From the IMG/VR virus record IMGVR_UViG_3300006919_000046: a stretch of 20,000 nt of DNA, one strand, 5' to 3'. This stretch comes from an uncultured virus (IMG/VR IMGVR_UViG_3300006919_000046) (taxonomy: Duplodnaviria; Heunggongvirae; Uroviricota; Caudoviricetes). The position numbers and the translations under genes are program-made. The notes beneath the pieces were generated by a model, which worked only from the letters and a program-made list of their open reading frames with translations, made no database searches and was not told where the DNA came from. The first letter of the stretch is position 1. Every line of letters starts with the position of its first letter. Positions 9,701 through 18,296 of this stretch are shown here, piece after piece.

Positions 9701-12700
9701 CCTACAATACTTTCAACTATAAAGATGATATTGAAACTATTGAGGGAAATAGATTAACCGATATTATTGATTATAGACCAAGAGTTTCTAATTATAATGT
9801 AACTTTGAATGGAAAATCTCCATTTGAGTTTGAAGGTAGAAATTTTAACAATTCTAGGCACAGTTCGAGTAGTGTAATTTCTCCAGAAGAACCTCTTATC
9901 TTAGATTATTCATATTATCTACCAAGAATTGATAGAATTTATTTGACAAAAGATAAATCTTTTGTTGTTAAGTTTGGAAATCCTGCAGACAACCCAGTTC
10001 TTCCCCAAGAAGTTGCTGGGGCAATGAATATTGCAAATATATATCTCCCTGCATACTTATACAATACTTCAGATGCTCGGATTGAATTTATATCTCATAA
10101 GAGATATCAAATGAAAGATATTTTTGGATTAGAAAAAAGAATTAAGAACTTAGAATATTATACATCACTTTCTTTGCTAGAAACTGCAACACAAAATCTA
10201 TTCATTGATGATGGAACAGGAACTGGTTTAAATAGGTTTAAGTCAGGTTTTTACGTTGACAATTTTTCAACATTATTGGGACAAGATCTTTCAAATGGAG
10301 TTAAAAATTCTATTGATACCAGAAAAGGAGAATTGAGACCATCACATTATACAACAAATATAAACTTAGAAATTGCAAATAACACAATCCCTGGAGTAGG
10401 ATCTACAACTCAAGAAAATGGTGATAAGAGGTTTTCCAATATTGTTGGGTCTTCTTTAAAAAGAGTTGGAGATACTCTTCTTTTGGATTACGACAGTGTT
10501 TCTTGGTTAAAGCAACCATTTGCAACAAGAACTGAAAATGTAACACCATTCTTTGTCAAATTGTGGGAAGGTTCTATCCAAATAAACCCATCAGTTGATG
10601 TTTGGGTTGATACCAAAAGAATAGAAGCTAAAAATATAGATTTTGAAGGTTCTTTCTTAGGGGTTGCAGAAGCACTGAGGGCAGAAATAACAACAACAGA
10701 AGATGGAGAAAGACTTGGAGTAAGTCCCGTTATATGGAATTCTTGGGAAACTACTGGTGTTGAATTTGATAGAAGGTTTGAAACTAGTTCTTCAACATCA
10801 ACAGGTTCAAGTAATGGTGGTTGGAGACCAGCAACTCTTGCAGAATTCAATGAATTGAGAGGTACAAACAGAACAGGAACCGTTCCACGAAACTTTAGAG
10901 TTGCGGAAGTTACAAGTTGGAGTTCAACTACAACTACTACAAATACGTTTTCTGATACTAATTTAGATCAAAGAAGATCTGGAGTTCAGTATATAGTAAA
11001 TGAAAGTATTGATACCGAATCTCTTGGCGATAGAATTGTAAAAAGAGATGTTGTTAATTATTTGAGATCAAGGAATCTTGAATTTACTGCAAGAAGACTA
11101 AAACCATACACGAGAGTATATCCATTTTTTGAAGGTTCCGCAATTTCTAAATTCTGCTTTAGCAAACTAGTCGAAATTCAAATGACTAGAGGTACTTTTA
11201 TACCTGGAGAAACTGTCACTATTATTCCCCCAACTACAGTACTTAATAGAAAATCGATTAAAAAAGGCAATTTTAGAGTTAGAGTTGCAAATTCAAATCA
11301 CAAATATGGTCCATATGATAACCCTACGGACACTTTTGATAGGAATCCTTATAATAGAAATGAAACGATTCCAGAAAACTATTCTTCAACTAGTACAATA
11401 TTGAATATTGATACAGAGTCTCTTGCAGATAATTCAACGCCAAAATTTTATGGAAATATCGTTAGTGGATCTTTAATTTTTGGAGGAACTTCTAGAGCAT
11501 TTGCAAGAGTTACTAATGTTCGTTTGGTTACTGATAGAGTTGGAACTTTAATCGCTTCTTTCTTTATTCCTAACGATGTAGAGGATCAAAAATTTGAGAC
11601 AGGAAGAAGTAGATTGAGGTTAACGAGCAGTTCAACAAATTCAAGAATTCCCGGAGTAATAACAACTGTTGCGGAGGAAACATTCTATTCCGAAGGACAA
11701 GTTGATACATATCAAGAAACAACACTATCACTAAGAAATGCAAGAGTTGATGTAAATGATACTCTTGAGCAGGAAAGATCTACTACTGTTAGTTCAGAAT
11801 TAATAGATTCTAGAACAAGCACTTCTTCATCATCTAGTACTAGATTGACTGGAAGATATATAGATCCTCTTGCACAGTCCTTTATCGTTGATGATGAAAC
11901 TGGAGTATACTTATCAAAACTCGATTTGTATTTTAGGACAAAGGACGATTCATTACCAGTAACAGTTCAGATTAGAGAAGTTAATTTGGGAATTCCCTCA
12001 CAAAAAATATTAGCTTTCTCAGAAGTTGAGTTGTCTCCCAATAAAATTAATTTATCGGAAGATGCTTCAGTTGCAACAACATTTGAATTTGAATCTCCAG
12101 TTTACCTGGAAGGTCAAAGAGAATATGCTATAGTCGTGCTTTCAAATTCTAACGAATATAATGTTTGGATTTCAAGATTGGGAGAACCAGATGTTTCTAC
12201 TTTAAATTCGGAAAGAAATCAAATTCTTGTAACAACTCAAAAACTTCTTGGTTCATTATTTAAATCCCAAAATGCATCTTCTTGGACCCCAAGTCAATAT
12301 GAAGACTTGAAATTTGAACTTTATAGATCGGAATTCAAATCTTCAGGATTTACTGAATTGTTTAATTCTGATTTGGATGATGCAAAAAATGTAATGACAA
12401 ATAATCCTTTAACAATTTATTCAAATAGTGCAAGGATTTCTTTATCATCAACTATTACAAATACGGAAGTTGCAATTGGACAAACTGTAATTCAAGAAAT
12501 TGCTGGTTTAGCAACGGCTACAGGATACTTGGTTGGTTATGGTGGAAGTGCCTTTTCAAATTTATCGATAATCAATGCAGGAACTGGTTATACTGGACCA
12601 GGAACTTTTAATGGAGTTTCTCTTAGAAGTCTAACTGGAACTGGATTTAATGCAACTGCAGATATTACAATATTGAATAATGTTGCGATAGCAGCAACTA

Positions 12701-14289
12701 TAGCAAATGGAGGAATTGGTTATGTTATTGGTGATGTTCTTGAACCTGTGTCAATAGGTTCTGGATTGGGTAGTGGAATAAAATTAAGTGTATCCAATAT
12801 AGTTGGAAACAACGAACTTGTAGTTGATAGAATCCATGGCGAATTTAGTCCAAATAAGGATATTAAATTTATTAATTCCTCCGGAATTGTAACTGATTTC
12901 ACCGATATAGGTACATCTCTTTCGACAATAAACATTTCAACAATTAATGATGGAGAGCATGTTAAAGTTTTCCATAGAAATCATGGAATGCACTCTTCTA
13001 CAAATATTGTTGAAATCTCTGGAATTGAATCAGATATTTCTAAGCAAAAACTTGAAGCAGTTTATCCAACTGAATCTGGAGTCGAAAGTGAATTATTTGT
13101 TTCAAATACATCAATATTCGAAGTCTTTGAAAATAATCCAGTAAGCGTTACCAATAAAGGATATATTAAAATAAATGAAGAAATTTTGAGTTACACTGGG
13201 ACAACATCAAATACTTTAACTGGAGTAGAAAGAGAAATTGACAATACTAGGGGTTACAATTACTCAGTAAATACTTTGGTCGAAAAATATGAAGTCGGTG
13301 GAGTTTCTTTAAGAAGAATAAACAAACAACATAATCTTTCTAATGTTACAATTCCAAATCCAATTGGAGTCGATACATATAATATTAAGATTGATATGTC
13401 TTCCAATGGAGTCGATCGAAGTGTAAATACTGGTCTTGGTAAATTAAAGTTTAATAACACAAAAAATGTTGGTGGAGCTGGAGCAGAAGCATCATATAAT
13501 GTTCAATATGAAATGATTATTCCAAATATAACCCAAGTAACTCCTACAGGAACAAATATCAATTTGAAAATAAGAACTATTAGTGGAAAAAGTTTGGGTG
13601 GAAATGAAATATCATTTATCGATAATGGATTTGAAGACCTAACAAATTCAAAGATGCAATATTTTGATTCCCCAAGACTTATTGCATCAAAAGTAAATGA
13701 AAGTAATTTCTTGACTGATTTCCCAGGAAATAAATCAACCAATATTTCCGTAAACTTCTTTACCAATGATTCTAGAATTAGTCCTGCTATAGATTTATCT
13801 AACACATCATTGACTTTAGTCAGTAATAGAATTAACAATCCAATTACTGATTATGCCAATGATTCTAGAGTCAATACGATTAAAGAAGACCCACATTTAT
13901 TCTCATATATAACAACTCCAATAAGACTGGAAAATCCAGCATCTTCAATTAAAGTTTTGTTTGATGCATACATTCGTCAAGGATCTGATGTGAGAGTTCT
14001 TTATTCGATAAATGGAAGTGATAGATTTACCCTTTTCCCTGGAGATTTAAATATAGCAACCAATGGATCTATCATAAATCCATTAAATAGTAATGGAAAA
14101 CCAGATAAAAAACAAGTGAAAGTTGACAGAAATCTTGGAAATCCCAGAAGTTATGAGTTTAAGGAATATGTATTTACAGTAAATCTTAACACTTCATTTG
14201 AAGATTTTAGAATTAAATTGGTAGGTTCATCAGAAAACCAAGCTTTTGTACCGATAATTAGAAACTTTAGAGCACTTGCATTAGCATAA
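6718..14289 (+). CDS. Giant virion structural protein, VrlC-like / DUF4815-type (2523 aa)
   Basis: N-terminus MPQETNLNVSPYFDDFD..YYKVLFKPGYPIQARELNNLQSILQNQIEQFG, plus APGADRLKI, ELARRTFDESGHY, YYLPRIDRI, RIKNLEYYTSLSLLE, DPLAQSF and GSLFKSQNASSWTPSQYEDLKF. These motifs match the large protein that follows g8 in T4-like cyanophages. Confidence 0.85.
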   Translation: MPQETNLNVSPYFDDFDKEKDYYKVLFKPGYPIQARELNNLQSILQNQIEQFGTNIFKEGSKVVPGQLTYLSNFYAVEIESDFSGIPVSLYLNNLVGKIISGRTSGIKAKVEKVLKAEESDRGRITLYVSYLESSSENLEGREFLDNEVLLAETPISFGNSFISSNEGFANTILNNSTSTGSAFCLSNGIYFLRGNFVQVKDEILILDQYDNKPSYRVGLFVDEQLVNSDDDSSLNDNSQGFSNFSAPGADRLKIETKLFKKSLDDFDDTNFVQLATVQNGVLREVNTGTDYNILADELARRTFDESGHYYVKAFNTFCKDSLDDGNGNGGIFEDGQITYGGSVPSESLATYKISAGKAYVKGYEVSLEGPTFLDAQKPRTTKTLKEQSVNFGYSPTFFVNNLTGTPLIEFNTSSVLSLRDQKVGIDSGSESGIEIGSARVYDFYLDEGGYTGNLKNNKWGLSLFDVQIFSTLNLTEPVTLTTPIYIKGKSTGATAFLKSSVSSASTITIYQINGNFSEKEVIEFSNADQDNNVRFIETIRNYETSDVKSVFSTAAAGAGVTFSADVVQNANLRFGQAQITEGLSGISTVTVEGFDITKQLNVGNIIRCTQPGISTFSFSRVTSINEDENRFTIESVEDVGNVVYGKLPTTTINVNNLVRCGSNISPIAESGNSASNRTLYSTLAKKNVESVNLDNSQLTLRKQFTGITITDGSTNNIDAGDNEIFLPFDEERYTLTRSDGSLERLSSDKIEFVSGSGNKRIRLNNLGSNDTNCILTASLRKSKIKSKVKKKKIVESIIINKSSNPASGTGEESLNDGLTFGNYPFGTRVDDDEICLNYPDVRTLYGIFESESTSDPEVPSLVLNSLNGQTSTTNDLIIGEVITGKTSGTKALYVERKNDTEVGFIYQKDTEFIEGELVSFSKSNVIGSISSIKVGSKNIIDNYKLNSGQKLTYYDYSRIIRNEDAPKPTRKLKVLFSRFYYDLSDVADVTTANSYNTFNYKDDIETIEGNRLTDIIDYRPRVSNYNVTLNGKSPFEFEGRNFNNSRHSSSSVISPEEPLILDYSYYLPRIDRIYLTKDKSFVVKFGNPADNPVLPQEVAGAMNIANIYLPAYLYNTSDARIEFISHKRYQMKDIFGLEKRIKNLEYYTSLSLLETATQNLFIDDGTGTGLNRFKSGFYVDNFSTLLGQDLSNGVKNSIDTRKGELRPSHYTTNINLEIANNTIPGVGSTTQENGDKRFSNIVGSSLKRVGDTLLLDYDSVSWLKQPFATRTENVTPFFVKLWEGSIQINPSVDVWVDTKRIEAKNIDFEGSFLGVAEALRAEITTTEDGERLGVSPVIWNSWETTGVEFDRRFETSSSTSTGSSNGGWRPATLAEFNELRGTNRTGTVPRNFRVAEVTSWSSTTTTTNTFSDTNLDQRRSGVQYIVNESIDTESLGDRIVKRDVVNYLRSRNLEFTARRLKPYTRVYPFFEGSAISKFCFSKLVEIQMTRGTFIPGETVTIIPPTTVLNRKSIKKGNFRVRVANSNHKYGPYDNPTDTFDRNPYNRNETIPENYSSTSTILNIDTESLADNSTPKFYGNIVSGSLIFGGTSRAFARVTNVRLVTDRVGTLIASFFIPNDVEDQKFETGRSRLRLTSSSTNSRIPGVITTVAEETFYSEGQVDTYQETTLSLRNARVDVNDTLEQERSTTVSSELIDSRTSTSSSSSTRLTGRYIDPLAQSFIVDDETGVYLSKLDLYFRTKDDSLPVTVQIREVNLGIPSQKILAFSEVELSPNKINLSEDASVATTFEFESPVYLEGQREYAIVVLSNSNEYNVWISRLGEPDVSTLNSERNQILVTTQKLLGSLFKSQNASSWTPSQYEDLKFELYRSEFKSSGFTELFNSDLDDAKNVMTNNPLTIYSNSARISLSSTITNTEVAIGQTVIQEIAGLATATGYLVGYGGSAFSNLSIINAGTGYTGPGTFNGVSLRSLTGTGFNATADITILNNVAIAATIANGGIGYVIGDVLEPVSIGSGLGSGIKLSVSNIVGNNELVVDRIHGEFSPNKDIKFINSSGIVTDFTDIGTSLSTINISTINDGEHVKVFHRNHGMHSSTNIVEISGIESDISKQKLEAVYPTESGVESELFVSNTSIFEVFENNPVSVTNKGYIKINEEILSYTGTTSNTLTGVEREIDNTRGYNYSVNTLVEKYEVGGVSLRRINKQHNLSNVTIPNPIGVDTYNIKIDMSSNGVDRSVNTGLGKLKFNNTKNVGGAGAEASYNVQYEMIIPNITQVTPTGTNINLKIRTISGKSLGGNEISFIDNGFEDLTNSKMQYFDSPRLIASKVNESNFLTDFPGNKSTNISVNFFTNDSRISPAIDLSNTSLTLVSNRINNPITDYANDSRVNTIKEDPHLFSYITTPIRLENPASSIKVLFDAYIRQGSDVRVLYSINGSDRFTLFPGDLNIATNGSIINPLNSNGKPDKKQVKVDRNLGNPRSYEFKEYVFTVNLNTSFEDFRIKLVGSSENQAFVPIIRNFRALALA

Positions 14290-14290
14290 C

Positions 14291-14515
14291 ATGTCACTAA
14301 TTCCTGTAGAAGGATTTGAAAATCTTTATAGAGATTCGAATTCAAACGCAATAGTAAATACAAATAAACAAGAGTATGAATCTTATTTGAGAAGAAAAAA
14401 TATCAGTGAAAAACAAAAACAAAAAATTGACTGTATAGAAAATGAATTGGAAGATGTAAAGGGTGAGTTGAAAGAAATAAAATTTTTACTGAAGCAAATT
14501 ATTGAAAATAAATAA
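14291..14515 (+). CDS. Small hypothetical coiled-coil protein (74 aa)
   Basis: Starts 1 nt after the previous stop. VEGFENLYRDSNSNAIVN is followed by a heptad-like C-terminus (IENELEDVKGELKEIKFLLKQII). It resembles the small gene usually found after the VrlC-like gene in cyanomyoviruses. Confidence 0.8.
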   Translation: MSLIPVEGFENLYRDSNSNAIVNTNKQEYESYLRRKNISEKQKQKIDCIENELEDVKGELKEIKFLLKQIIENK

Positions 14516-14529
14516 AATTCTTTGTGAAT

Positions 14530-14537
14530 CATAAATA
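14530..14537 (+). promoter_or_regulatory. T4-like late promoter (CATAAATA) upstream of g13; a second match AATAAATA at 14507-14514
   Basis: Consensus match 24 nt upstream of the g13 ATG, with GGAG at 14546-14549 as a possible RBS. Confidence 0.7.
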
Positions 14538-14561
14538 TTTTATATGGAGAAAAATAGTTAA

Positions 14562-15410
14562 ATGGCGCAACCATCTTCTAGACAAGAATTAATAAATTAT
14601 TGTAAAAGAAAACTGGGGGCGCCAGTTTTGGAAATTAACGTTGCTGATGAACAAATTGATGACTTAGTTGACGATGCTATTCAATTCTTTCAGGAAAGGC
14701 ATTTTGATGGGGTATCTCAGGTTTATTTAAAATATCAAATAACTCAAGATGATATTGATAGAGGTAGAGCTCCAGCAGGAACAAGTTCATCTGCAGGAAT
14801 TGTAGTAACATCAGCAACTACAAATATTGTTGGTACTGCTACTACATTTACATACAAAGAAAATAGTAATTATTTACAAATACCATCTTCAGTTATTGGA
14901 ATTAATAAAATATATCAATTTGACGGAACTAATACTGCAACAAATAATATGTTCAGTGTTAAGTATCAATTATTTTTAAATGATGTATATTATTGGGGTT
15001 CTACCGAATTATTGACTTATGCAATGACTAAAACTTATTTGGAAGATATAGATTTTTTATTAAGTACCCAAAAGCAAATAAGATTTAATCAAAGAATGGA
15101 TAGGTTATATTTGGATATTGATTGGGGAAGCATCTCAGTTGGAAATTATCTAGTGATTGACTGTTTCCGCTCACTTAATCCAAATGATTTTACTAGAGTA
15201 TGGAACGATTCTTGGTTGAAGCAATATCTTACTTCATTGATTAAAAGGCAGTGGGGTCAAAATTTAATAAAATTTCAAGGAGTAAAACTTCCAGGAGGAA
15301 TTGAGTTAAATGGAAGACAACTCTATGATGATGCACAACGAGAAATAGACATGATAATGGAAAAGATGTCAAATTCTTATGAATTACCACCTTTAGATAT
15401 GATAGGATAA
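14562..15410 (+). CDS. gp13: Neck protein gp13
   Basis: Motifs SRQELINYCKRKLGAPVLEINV, FQERHFDG, WLKQYLTSLIKRQWGQNLIKFQGVKLPGGIELNG and YELPPLDMIG. Synteny g13-g14-g15-g16. Confidence 0.95.
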   Translation: MAQPSSRQELINYCKRKLGAPVLEINVADEQIDDLVDDAIQFFQERHFDGVSQVYLKYQITQDDIDRGRAPAGTSSSAGIVVTSATTNIVGTATTFTYKENSNYLQIPSSVIGINKIYQFDGTNTATNNMFSVKYQLFLNDVYYWGSTELLTYAMTKTYLEDIDFLLSTQKQIRFNQRMDRLYLDIDWGSISVGNYLVIDCFRSLNPNDFTRVWNDSWLKQYLTSLIKRQWGQNLIKFQGVKLPGGIELNGRQLYDDAQREIDMIMEKMSNSYELPPLDMIG

Positions 15411-15414
15411 TTAA

Positions 15415-16791
15415 ATGCTTAATCCGTTTTTTCTTCAGGGTTCAAAATCAGAGCAATCTTTAATTCAAGATTTAGTAAATGAACAATTGAGAATGTATGG
15501 TGTTGAGGTATATTATATTCCAAGAAAATATATTACATCAAATACTGTAATTAAAGAAGTAATAGAATCAAAATTTGATAATGCATATCCAATAGAGGCA
15601 TATGTTGAAACTTATGAAGGATATGATGGACTAGGAACTTTATTAACAAAATTTGGAATCCAGGATAAAGATGATTTAAATATTGTCATATCTAGAGAAA
15701 GATATGAAACTTACATTGCACCATTATTAGAAGATATTTCGGATACTAAGTTAATAAGCAGACCAAAAGAAGGGGATTTAATTTATTTTCCTCTTGGAGA
15801 CAGAATATTTGAAATTAAATATGTTGAGCACGAAAAACCTTTCTACCAACTTCAAAAAAATTATATATATCAACTTAGATGCGAATTGTTTAGATATGAA
15901 GACGAAATAGTAAATACTGGTATTGAAGAAATTGATGATAATTTTATAGATGAAGGATATACACAATCTCTCACATTAGTTGGATCCTCTACAACAGCAA
16001 CAGCATCTATTTCAATTGTAAATGGTGGTGTCAGAACTATAACCATCACAAATAGGGGAACTGGATATCTTTCAGCACCAACTGTTATTTTATCCAAAGC
16101 ACCTGCAGGAGGTTTGAATGCTCAAGCAGAATCTTCCATTATTTCTGGATTAATTGATTGCAATGGAATAGAATCCGATAGGGTTCAATCTGTCAATCTA
16201 TCCAATTCTGGATATGGTTACACTGTTGCTCCAAGTGTATCATTTCAAAGTACGGATGGATATGGGTCAGGTGCCGAAGCAAATACTTTAATTGGTGATG
16301 GTGTTGTTGGAATTGTCACAGTAACTAATGGTGGTTCTGGATATATTACATCTCCAGAAATAACTATTGCGGGAATTTCTACAGTTTCTGCAGCCGTAAC
16401 CGCAGTTGTTTCTGCTGCAGGGACAATTCAATCAATATTAATTACAAATGCTGGTCTTGGATATACTGAAATTCCATCAATAACTATAGGTTCACCGGCA
16501 CAAATTGGTTCCGGAACCTATATGTTCAATGAGACTATTACAGGTTCTGTAAGTGGAACTACAGCAATAGTTAAAAAATGGGATCAAACTACAAATATTT
16601 TAGAGGTTTCTAATATTACAGGAACATTTATATTAGAAGAATTTATTGTTGGATCCGAAAGCAATTCTTCAAGGCAATTAATTACATTAAATTCTGAAAC
16701 TACAGACTCTTATGCAGACAACTTAAATATTGAAAGAGAAGCAGATTTTATTATTGATTTTTCTGAGAAGAATCCATTTGGTTTGCCATAA
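15415..16791 (+). CDS. gp14: Neck protein gp14 (head closure), extended with inserted beta-repeat modules
   Basis: Motifs EQSLIQDLVNEQLRMYGVEVYYIPR, RPKEGDLIYFP, FEIKYVEHEKPFYQL and C-terminal IIDFSEKNPFG. At 458 aa it has a central insertion of GxGY repeats. Confidence 0.93.
   Translation: MLNPFFLQGSKSEQSLIQDLVNEQLRMYGVEVYYIPRKYITSNTVIKEVIESKFDNAYPIEAYVETYEGYDGLGTLLTKFGIQDKDDLNIVISRERYETYIAPLLEDISDTKLISRPKEGDLIYFPLGDRIFEIKYVEHEKPFYQLQKNYIYQLRCELFRYEDEIVNTGIEEIDDNFIDEGYTQSLTLVGSSTTATASISIVNGGVRTITITNRGTGYLSAPTVILSKAPAGGLNAQAESSIISGLIDCNGIESDRVQSVNLSNSGYGYTVAPSVSFQSTDGYGSGAEANTLIGDGVVGIVTVTNGGSGYITSPEITIAGISTVSAAVTAVVSAAGTIQSILITNAGLGYTEIPSITIGSPAQIGSGTYMFNETITGSVSGTTAIVKKWDQTTNILEVSNITGTFILEEFIVGSESNSSRQLITLNSETTDSYADNLNIEREADFIIDFSEKNPFGLP
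16384..16464 (+). repeat. Coding repeat copy 3, inside g14: VSAAVTAVVSAAGTIQSILITNAGLGY
   Basis: DNA gtttctgcagccgtaaccgcagttgtttctgctgcagggacaattcaatca. Confidence 0.8.
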
Positions 16792-16794
16792 ATA
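16787..16794 (+). promoter_or_regulatory. T4-like late promoter (CATAAATA) overlapping the g14 stop codon, upstream of g15
   Basis: Consensus match. The TAA stop at 16789-16791 forms part of the motif, about 31 nt before the ATG at 16826. Confidence 0.65.
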
Positions 16795-16825
16795 AATTAA
16801 GTAAAAAAATTTGGTCAATAATAAA

Positions 16826-17839
16826 ATGTTTGAGTATTTTTATCACGAAATATTAAGAAAAACTGTCATATCTTTTGGCACATTGTTTAATGATATTTCA
16901 ATTAGTCACAAAAATAACTCAGACAATGTGGTTAGCATTGTTAAAGTTCCCCTTGCGTATGGACCCACGCAAAAATTTTTAGCGAGACTTGAGCAATCAC
17001 CAGATTTAAATAGATCTGTTCAAATGACACTACCAAGAATGTCATTTGAATTTATTGGTTTGAGTTATGATGCATCAAGAAAAGTAACTTCAACTCAAAC
17101 ATTCGTAACTTCATCTTCAACAAATTCATCAGAAGAAAAAAAGGCATATATGCCCGTTCCATATAATATGGAATTTGAACTTAGTATAATGTCAAAACTG
17201 AATGATGATATGCTTCAAATATTGGAACAAATTTTACCTTACTTTCAACCATCATATAATTTATCAGTAAATTTAGTTGAAGAGATATCTGAAAAGAGAG
17301 ATATTCCGATTATCCTTGATAGCATAACAATGAATGACGATTATGAAGGAGACTTCAGTACAAGAAGGGCATTAATATATACTTTAAGATTTACTGCAAA
17401 AATTTATCTGTTTGGTCCAGTATCTTCTGTTACAAAAGATATTATTAAAAAAGTTAATATTGGTTATGTTGCAGGTTCTTCGGATGCAAGAAGTCTTAAG
17501 ACAAGAGAAAGAGATACTTCTTATTCGGTAGAACCAAGAGCAACAAAGAGTTATTCTGGAAATGTAGTCACAACACTTTCAGAAGACATAGATTCCCAAA
17601 CAAAAACTTTCGAACTTGCAGATTCAACATCAATAACTAAAGGATCTTATATTGTAATTGGCAATGAAGAAATGAAAATAATATCAAAAACTTCTAACAA
17701 AATTACTGTAGAAAGAGGTGCTGATGGAACTACAATTTCTAACCATGTTCTTGGATCAGATGTAAAATTAATAACAGATTCTGACAATGCTCAAATTGAA
17801 GTTGGTGATGATTTTGGATTTAGTGGTGGATTTGTATGA
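16826..17839 (+). CDS. gp15: Tail completion / sheath stabilizer gp15 with a C-terminal extra domain
   Basis: Motifs MFEYFYHEILRKTVISFGTLFNDI, VPLAYGPTQKFLARL, LPRMSFE, PVPYN and QILEQILPYFQP. The ATG at 16826 is preferred over the TTG at 16811 because MFEYFY is the typical N-terminus. Confidence 0.93.
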   Translation: MFEYFYHEILRKTVISFGTLFNDISISHKNNSDNVVSIVKVPLAYGPTQKFLARLEQSPDLNRSVQMTLPRMSFEFIGLSYDASRKVTSTQTFVTSSSTNSSEEKKAYMPVPYNMEFELSIMSKLNDDMLQILEQILPYFQPSYNLSVNLVEEISEKRDIPIILDSITMNDDYEGDFSTRRALIYTLRFTAKIYLFGPVSSVTKDIIKKVNIGYVAGSSDARSLKTRERDTSYSVEPRATKSYSGNVVTTLSEDIDSQTKTFELADSTSITKGSYIVIGNEEMKIISKTSNKITVERGADGTTISNHVLGSDVKLITDSDNAQIEVGDDFGFSGGFV

Positions 17840-18276
17840 TTATGACAAAAAAATATGAGAAGTTGAATGAAGAATTTAATACTGAAGGTTTTGATGAAGA
17901 AGATACTTCAATAATTCCAGAAGTAGTAGAGGCTAATCAACAAGATAATAAAAAAACCGACTTAAAAAAAGATTACGAATATACTAGGGCAAATTTATAT
18001 TCTATTATAGAAAAAGGTCAAGAAGCAATTAATGGTATATTGGAACTGGCACAGGAAACTGAATTGCCTAGGGCATATGAGGTTGCTGGCCAACTTATAA
18101 AGAACGTTTCCGATGCAACAGAAAAATTAATAGATGTACAGAAAAAATTAAAAGATATTGAGGAGACTAAAGAATCAAAAGGTCCAACAAATGTAACAAA
18201 TGCACTTTTTGTTGGATCTACCGCAGAGTTGGCAAAATTGATTAAACAACAAGATGAATCCCAAAAAGATAAATAA
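17836..18276 (+). CDS. gp16: Terminase small subunit gp16
   Basis: Motifs DYEYTRANLYSIIEKGQEAINGILELA, PRAYEVAGQLIK and TNALFVGSTAELAKLIK. ATGA overlap with the g15 stop and GGTGGA upstream. An alternative start lies at 17842. Confidence 0.93.
   Translation: MIMTKKYEKLNEEFNTEGFDEEDTSIIPEVVEANQQDNKKTDLKKDYEYTRANLYSIIEKGQEAINGILELAQETELPRAYEVAGQLIKNVSDATEKLIDVQKKLKDIEETKESKGPTNVTNALFVGSTAELAKLIKQQDESQKDK
18268..18275 (+). promoter_or_regulatory. T4-like late promoter (GATAAATA) overlapping the g16 stop codon, upstream of the island
   Basis: Consensus match 21 nt upstream of the ATG at 18297. Confidence 0.65.
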
Positions 18277-18296
18277 AAGAAGAATATTATATAAAA

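Noticed and set aside
12947..13144. Alternative-frame + strand ORF (65 aa), and likewise 18472-18672
   Set aside because: Both are nested inside larger genes, short, and without RBS or motif support.
6718..14289. Reading 'VrlC virulence-associated protein' as a virulence factor
   Set aside because: The name is historical, from the Dichelobacter vrl locus. In this context the protein is a phage structural component.
564..16097. Minus-strand ORFs of 61-120 aa in the ORF track (e.g. 8808-9146, 10488-10850, 13503-13838)
   Set aside because: All lie antisense to long, well-supported structural genes and show no recognisable motifs. They are expected shadow ORFs.
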